NCBI RefSeq assembly: GCF_963665055.2
Contig: NZ_CAXXRN010000003.1
Span: 10,326 to 74,325 of the forward strand
Origin: an uncultured Methanobacterium sp.
Lineage (GTDB): Archaea > Methanobacteriota > Methanobacteria > Methanobacteriales > Methanobacteriaceae
DNA: 64,000 bases
Direction of reading: 5' to 3'
In this document: positions 60,501 to 64,000 of the stretch, piece after piece
Layout of the letters: every line of letters begins with the position of its first letter
Position numbering within the stretch: position 1 is the stretch's first letter
Program-made: the position numbers and the translations under genes
The notes under the pieces: generated by a model
What the model saw: only the letters and a program-made list of their open reading frames with translations
Told to the model about the DNA's origin: nothing
Database searches by the model: none

Positions 60501-60739
60501 GCATTCTTTATTGATAGCTTAGGACCGCTTCCAGTCACATTATCATAAACAGCACTTTGACCATCCCAGGAATCATTTCCACTGTTGTTATTCACGTAGA
60601 TTGTTCCGGGATCTGCTGAAACAGGACCCACGCCAAATGCAAAAATTATTGCAAAAAACAAAAAAATTGTAAGAATAAGTGTCTTATTCCCTAACTTAGG
60701 CCTTTTAGTTCCTGTTCTATTGATTGTTCCATTTTGAAT
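52739..60739 (-). CDS. Giant secreted adhesin-like protein (~2670 aa): repeated GGAI beta-helix and Ig-like units, C-terminal NosD module
   Basis: Three (F/Y)VSPTG.D.TGDGS..NPYQT units, repeated WWGSN/TVDLTHD/GH.PDG Ig-like linkers. Track start 60841 and ATG 60787 are alternatives to the proposed ATT 60739. Confidence 0.9.
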   Translation of the reverse strand: MQNGTINRTGTKRPKLGNKTLILTIFLFFAIIFAFGVGPVSADPGTIYVNNNSGNDSWDGQSAVYDNVTGSGPKLSIKNATGTVTNNGTVNIADGTYTESGITIANNMTIIGTSQNGTIINGNTSGSSIFTILSGISVTLENLTIINGSAASGGAFYNSGTLTIENSNVSGNKATSTSSTLGGGAIYNTGTVTIKNSTLNSNTARNGGAIYNNKGIVNIDSSTVNSNAATRYGGVVYNSYGNFTVTNSVLNNNTATTYGGVVYNTYGNLIVSNSSFDKNTASSYGGVIYNSYGNLIVNDSGFTNNTATGYGGVIVNTGTTANAAMINCTFSNNSASNGGVVYSSGGTVNVASSSLLQNNATNSGGVSYITGGNAFLTSNLIEANTATTGGILYNTGGIVAMHFNSIGANSTAIYCNSGSVNATWNWWGSNANPSSFVTGNVTVGPWIVSSVSTSPVEISYNGTSDITVDLTHDSNGNDTSGQGHLPDGIPVNFQTTLGNITNGTTVNGKSKVNLTGSGVGGIATVTATIDEQNSTTTVAIGKIIFVSPTGSDVTGDGSESNPYQTVGKALSENGTLIHLFNGTYNLPGDYNLNVVGNATISGVDANSTIISAEGLGNIFNISSNVTLTIKNMTLTNGATSTGSLISNDGTLYLVNLILSNGNSTSTTLGGGAIYNTGTLDITQSLFSGNYATNGGAIYNTGALYMNNSTLSGNNATYGGAIYNTGNLNLSNSTLSGSNSENGAAVYSTGTLTINNGIFTGNSATRGAGIYSTSILNVNNSLFTNNYVTYNGASIYSAGTAYVTDCAFTNNTAVGWGAGIYSTGGTTTVNGSIFTNNTADYGGGILNKQGTVYIMQSTFINNSASSGGSAVCNAGDSCTTYINFCRIVDNSSVAVFNKKSGSFNAENNWWGSNLDGTNPQTAGKINAAVNAWIVANTTASPTIIAADGVSVITVDMTHDNKGNDTSSQGHIPDGIPVIFETTLGNITNGTTVNGKAQMNLVGSGVSGVANVTTAVDHQNATSTIVMGLSTIYVSPTGSDVTGDGSESNPYQTIQQAVSVINSNGIVYLVSGTYNLPGDYNVTVTRNASIFGAGQANTIVDAGNMGVIFIIPSNVTVNISNMTLINGKYTNGGAIANSGNLTITNVTISGNTATSSSTGGGAIYNIGTLTINDSIINQNTATSGNGGAIYNSGTLNINNSSFNSNYAGNGGGAIDNYDYQNVTLTNSYFYSNSCGTRHGGAIDNWKSGTVGNVLVINCTFIKNSAMQSGGAFNVDDGCTATVINCTFTNNTAERAGAVSIWDSSSINISGCTFTGNTVTSTSRGYGGAINSHNYSTAIITDCTFINNSAVICGGAVSNFKSTMTITGSTFINNTSPIGGAIDNDPNSALTVLNSIFINNTATTGGVIENWDSSTLNMTGCTFTNNTAASKSGVIDNTATLVAYYNTFVGNSAPTGSVITNMGSADLKYNWWGSNSPDFASLISGTANYSPWMVANITASPTVVASDGTSEITVDLTHDSNGNDISSQGHVPDGTNVTFATTLGTITNGTLVNGKSQVNLTGSGVSGVTNVTAAVNQQTLSALVTLGLNTVYVSPTGNDTTGDGSQINPYQTLKQALSVLNVNGTVYLANGTYNLTGDHGITINQNASIRGSSEHGTIIDALALGNVFNIPSTVTVTIENLTITAGNADTGGAIYNSGILNVLNCNLSGNNATSTSYGGGAIYNIGTLLITNSTFTRNAGVNKSGGAVYNNGGTVNVINGTFSNNTASYNGAALYNTGSSGTLTVSNSVFGDNVAGGFAGAIYTTGNLVTAVNSTFYNNAALVDNARGGAICSNEVSSPLNIINCTFVNNTANILAGSGSYSGGAIYSRGNLIVTNSVFMNNSGANGGAIYNRGTSSSVTNSIFINNTAVTYGGAIFSGSPSTVLEYNYFSGNIASIGTVIYKGSGIVDARYNWWGSNSPDFASLISGTVNYSPWIYMTILASPTTINKTQSSLVTVNFNNLFNGTEVTTLDPAIGHIPNGSWVYFQTDLGKFDKNVTATFNGTASALFDAGVVPGTASINATADNQTVYADVIINPEYFLVNPSMSSAEIQAVIDSSGIGDVVTFLNGTYNNMALSITHTLNFVSKGAILSGTGTLPVISVTGLNVSGTTITGFTVVNATGTAGISVDSTSNVTISNNTLTGNVVGIQLTNAVQSTVYNNNVDSNSWVGILVYNGTGNTIASNRVSNNQEGVVLQNSSSNNLVTGNTIKNNTWNGVLIPDATSTGNQIVNNTEISGNDVGVKMYYSNGNTVQGNNVSGNIWAGIWLYNTTNTSVNGNTVSNNQEGIVLQNNANNNNITGNIVRNNTWNGILIPDATSNDNQIANNIEISGNNVGIDLFNAIGNFVQGNNVTANKWAGIWVYNGVNNTITNGNTVSANPEGIFIENSSNTVVNGNILVNNLRNGVYISNSSLIQVSGNTNISGNQVGVGIAGSSSDVRVENNIITGNSWLGVWANNAHNSTVSGNTISGSEEGVLIENGAYGITVSQNTIQNNTAHGIIIVGASNNTIDNNTEISGNNIGILLQNANGNIISSNQVKNNTWMGVCLLDTSLDNQILSNNITENPIGVRVDTDSSTNVVNNNSITGSNQYGLTYAGTSNTLNATNNWWGSNDNPSAQIQGNVNYTPWTTK

Positions 60740-61760
60740 TTTTTTCCCTCCTATTCTTTTTTTAACACGAATGATATGAAAATTCATGCATGTCGAAGTA
60801 TTGTGATAATATAATATAAAGTTAACTATAAAAAATTTCAATAACCCCTTGGGATTTGGTTTTGAGTTTTACTAGTTAGCATTATTCTTTTTTAATTGGA
60901 CGCATGACGAATTTAAGACATTTTTATACATTATTATGAGTATTAAAATTATTATAATCCTTTTCATTATAATTTAACGAACTAAAATTATTTCTGCAGG
61001 GAAAAATTACGTGATAATTTGTTTAAGACTTAAATTTTTGTTAATTAGATGTTTTCAGAATTATTATACACAAAATATGGGATAATAGAACATAAAATTG
61101 TAGAAGACATGATAATGATTGAATGGTTATTATAAAGATGTTATTTTTGGAATTTAGTCAAAAATTGGGAATATAATCTGATTCATGAATTGAAAACAAT
61201 CAATCAGTTTAAACCGAAAATAAAATAGATTAGTGAATTATATGATTAAATAACCCCAATAATTAACAAAAATGATAAAAAAAGTAAAATAAAGCAATTA
61301 AACTATGAACAAGATACAAACAACTAATAAGAAAAAACTGAATCAATAAAATAACTATACTTTAACTAAAAAGAGAGAATTAAAGAATATAACCTATTTA
61401 GTTAGCTATTATTAATTTTAAGAATTATAATCGATATATCATTAATTTAGATGATTATTATTGGAATAAACAACAGAAACTTATTAAAAATTTCCAAAAA
61501 TTACCGATTTAATGGCCTCTCAAAAACTCCCACCATATTACATTCACTATATGAATTAATCTGCATGTCAATTAAGTTTCCAATTACAATTTTAATATTT
61601 TTATAAACCAACACGATTCAACTAATCTATAAGCTTATCATAAAAATGAAAAAATGAAAATTCATATTCAAAAACTTTTCGTTATCTAAATTTAAAAAGT
61701 TAAAAAAAAAGGGAAAAGGAAAAAAGGAGAGAAAAAAAGAATTCTCCTTAAACTATTTTT

Positions 61761-63820
61761 TTAATGTGTGGTCCATGGTGTGTAGTTTACGTTTCCCTGT
61801 ATCTGCGCACTGGGGTTGTCATTGGATCCCCACCAGTTATTGGTGGCATTGAGAGTGTTGTTGGTTCCAGCATAGGTTAAACCATACTGATTGCTATTGG
61901 TGATACTGTTGTTGTTCACAACATTACTGGAACTATCAGTATCAACACGCACTCCAATAGGGTTCTCAGTGATGTTATTTGACAGAATCTGATTGCCTCT
62001 GGAGGTATCCAAGAGACATACTCCCATCCAGGTGTTTTTGTTGACTAAGTTACTGGTTATGTTGTTTCCATTGGCATTTTGAAGAAGTATACCAATGTTA
62101 TTTCCAGATATTTCAGTGTTGTTTTCAATGTTGTTATTGTCAGCACCTATGATGATTATTCCGTGTGCAGTGTTGTTCTGAATAGTATTCTGACTCACAG
62201 TGATACCATAAGCACCGTTTTCAATCAGAACACCTTCTTGACTACCAGAAATCGTGTTCCCACTAACTGTGGAGTTGTGTGCGTTGTTTGCCCATACTCC
62301 TAACCAGCTGTTACCAGTTATAATGTTGTTTTCAACCCGAACATCAGAAGATGATCCAGCTATTCCAACACCCACCTGATTACCTGAGATATTACCGTTA
62401 CCGATAACTTGAACAAGGGAACTGTTGGAAATGTAAACCCCATTCCGGAGGTTATTCACCAAAGTGTTACCACTCACAGTTATGTTTGAACTGTTTTCAA
62501 TGAATATGCCTTCAGGGTTCGCCGAAACAGTGTTACCATTGGTGATTGTGTTGTTTACACCATTGTAAACCCAAATACCAGCCCATTTATTCATAGTAAC
62601 GTTGTTACCCTGAACAAAGTTTCCAATAGCATAGAACAGGTCTATTCCCACGTTATTTCCGGAAATTTCAACGTTCTGCGAAATTGTATTGTTATTGCAA
62701 GTTGCATCTGGTATGAGAATTCCATTCCAAGTATTGTTTCGAACAATATTCCCAGTTATGTTATTGTTATTTGCATTGTTTTGCAGAACAATTCCTTCCT
62801 GGTTGTTGGAAACTGTGTTACCGTTTACAGCGGTGTTTGTGGTGTTGTAGAGCCAGATTCCAGCCCAACTGTTCCCAGAAACATTGTTACCCTGTACTGT
62901 GTTTCCGTTGGAATAATACATCTTAACACCAACATCATTTCCAGAAATCTCAGTGTTATTCACAACCTGATTACCAGTACTGGTTGCATCAGGTATAAGC
63001 ACACCGTTCCAGGTGTTGTTTTTGATGGTGTTACCAGTTACATTGTTCTCATCAGAAGATCCCTGCAGTACTACTCCTTCCTGGTTATTAGAGATTTTGT
63101 TGTCTTTTACCGTGTTTTTTGAGGAGTTGTATGCGGCTACTCCTGCCCAATGATTTTCAGTGACATTGTTTCCTTCAATGGTGTTTCCTGAGGAACCAGA
63201 CACACTTACACCAATATTGTTTCCAGAAATCTCAGAATTTTCAGAAACAGTGTTATTATCCGAATCATCCGTGATAAGTACGCCATTCCAGGTGTTATTC
63301 TTAATCACATTATGAGTCACATGGTTATCATCAGAAGAACCCTGCAGCACAACACCCTCCTGATTGTTAGACACTACGTTGGAATCAACAGTATTCCCAG
63401 TACCATTACGCACCAACACACCAACCCAACCATTAGAATCAGCAGTGTTATTGTGAACATTGCTTTGATCTGCGTTTATTAACTGTATTCCCACAACATT
63501 GCCAGTTGCGGTGTTGTTTATAATGTTTACATTGTTAGCAGAGTCAACACTTATTCCTGCTGCCCCGGTTGCGTTAGCAACTGTGAATCCGGTTATGGTG
63601 GTTCCAGATGCATCTGAACCAGTGACGCTGATTATGGAAGAAGTTCCAGTACCTTTCAAAACAGCACCGTTACTCACCAGGTTAAGTGTATGGGTGATGC
63701 TCAGTGCCATGTTGCTGTAAGTTCCATTGAGGAAGGTTATGGTGTCTCCAACCATTGCGCTATCAATTATGGACTGGATATAGGTGTTGTTCATGGTTGA
63801 AGCTACAATGAAGTTTTGAG
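61761..63820 (-). repeat. Shared NosD beta-helix module, copy 4
   Basis: Closest to copy 1, including about 75 bp of downstream non-coding sequence. Confidence 0.9.
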
Positions 63821-64000
63821 AGTTGCTTAAATTGTTGCTGTCTCCTACAATGAGGTCACCATTTTTCTGGAAGTTCTTAGTGTACTGTACGTTGAATCCG
63901 TTACTCTGTATGTTGTTATTCTGTAAGTTTATGTAAGTAGATGGAGATTCAAAGACAATACCCAGCTGACCTGCATTGGTTATGTTGTTGCCAGTAATGT
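61761..64000 (-). CDS. Secreted NosD beta-helix surface protein, 5' part outside the window
   Basis: Frame stays open from 63794 to the window edge (…ITGNNITNAGQLG…QNFIVASTMNN); C-terminus near-identical to that of 36149..39421. Confidence 0.92.
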   Translation of the reverse strand, partial: ITGNNITNAGQLGIVFESPSTYINLQNNNIQSNGFNVQYTKNFQKNGDLIVGDSNNLSNSQNFIVASTMNNTYIQSIIDSAMVGDTITFLNGTYSNMALSITHTLNLVSNGAVLKGTGTSSIISVTGSDASGTTITGFTVANATGAAGISVDSANNVNIINNTATGNVVGIQLINADQSNVHNNTADSNGWVGVLVRNGTGNTVDSNVVSNNQEGVVLQGSSDDNHVTHNVIKNNTWNGVLITDDSDNNTVSENSEISGNNIGVSVSGSSGNTIEGNNVTENHWAGVAAYNSSKNTVKDNKISNNQEGVVLQGSSDENNVTGNTIKNNTWNGVLIPDATSTGNQVVNNTEISGNDVGVKMYYSNGNTVQGNNVSGNSWAGIWLYNTTNTAVNGNTVSNNQEGIVLQNNANNNNITGNIVRNNTWNGILIPDATCNNNTISQNVEISGNNVGIDLFYAIGNFVQGNNVTMNKWAGIWVYNGVNNTITNGNTVSANPEGIFIENSSNITVSGNTLVNNLRNGVYISNSSLVQVIGNGNISGNQVGVGIAGSSSDVRVENNIITGNSWLGVWANNAHNSTVSGNTISGSQEGVLIENGAYGITVSQNTIQNNTAHGIIIIGADNNNIENNTEISGNNIGILLQNANGNNITSNLVNKNTWMGVCLLDTSRGNQILSNNITENPIGVRVDTDSSSNVVNNNSITNSNQYGLTYAGTNNTLNATNNWWGSNDNPSAQIQGNVNYTPWTTH

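Noticed and set aside
60842-61684. ncRNA or hidden gene in the long AT-rich intergenic region
   Set aside because: No GC-rich structured segment or credible ORF seen.
36467-63720. Many 60-180 aa ORFs overlapping the adhesin genes, some repeated
   Set aside because: Antisense or alternate-frame shadows; their recurrence only mirrors the repeated module.
36149-64000. Diversity-generating retroelement or invertase shufflon
   Set aside because: No reverse transcriptase or recombinase in the window, repeats are direct rather than inverted, and no adenine-specific difference pattern was apparent.

Overview
Chromosomal window from a hydrogenotrophic methanogenic archaeon, most likely Methanobacterium or a close Methanobacteriaceae relative (inferred from methanogenesis marker 8, fwdF, fmdE, glnA-nrpR, an intron-containing tRNA-Met and Methanobacterium-type surface proteins). 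There are four parts. (1) 1-8.5 kb: envelope-modification cluster with phosphohexomutase, two paralogous GT-C-like membrane proteins, a PIG-L deacetylase, a GT2 and a UPF0104 flippase-like protein. (2) 8.8-26.8 kb: mostly housekeeping genes (lig, His-less REC-PAS-kinase, FTR-like/glutaredoxin pair, thiC family, tRNA-Met, glnA with NrpR operator, nrpR, trmO, mop, ferredoxin, fwdF). (3) 26.8-34.7 kb: AT-rich glycosylation island with two doubly frameshifted genes, followed by fmdE. (4) 36-64 kb: five giant secreted beta-helix adhesin-like genes, four of them sharing a near-identical, mosaic NosD-type module. Best leads: a 24-bp ModE-like palindrome enclosing the TATA box of both ferredoxin-fwdF and fmdE; a conserved GGAGGR-N6-ATT arrangement suggesting ATT initiation in three adhesin genes; patchwork recombination among the adhesin modules; an Arn/Flm-like surface amino-sugar system; and catalytic-His losses in a kinase and a transglutaminase domain. 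Everything was read by eye, no searches or alignments were run, and repeat boundaries are approximate.
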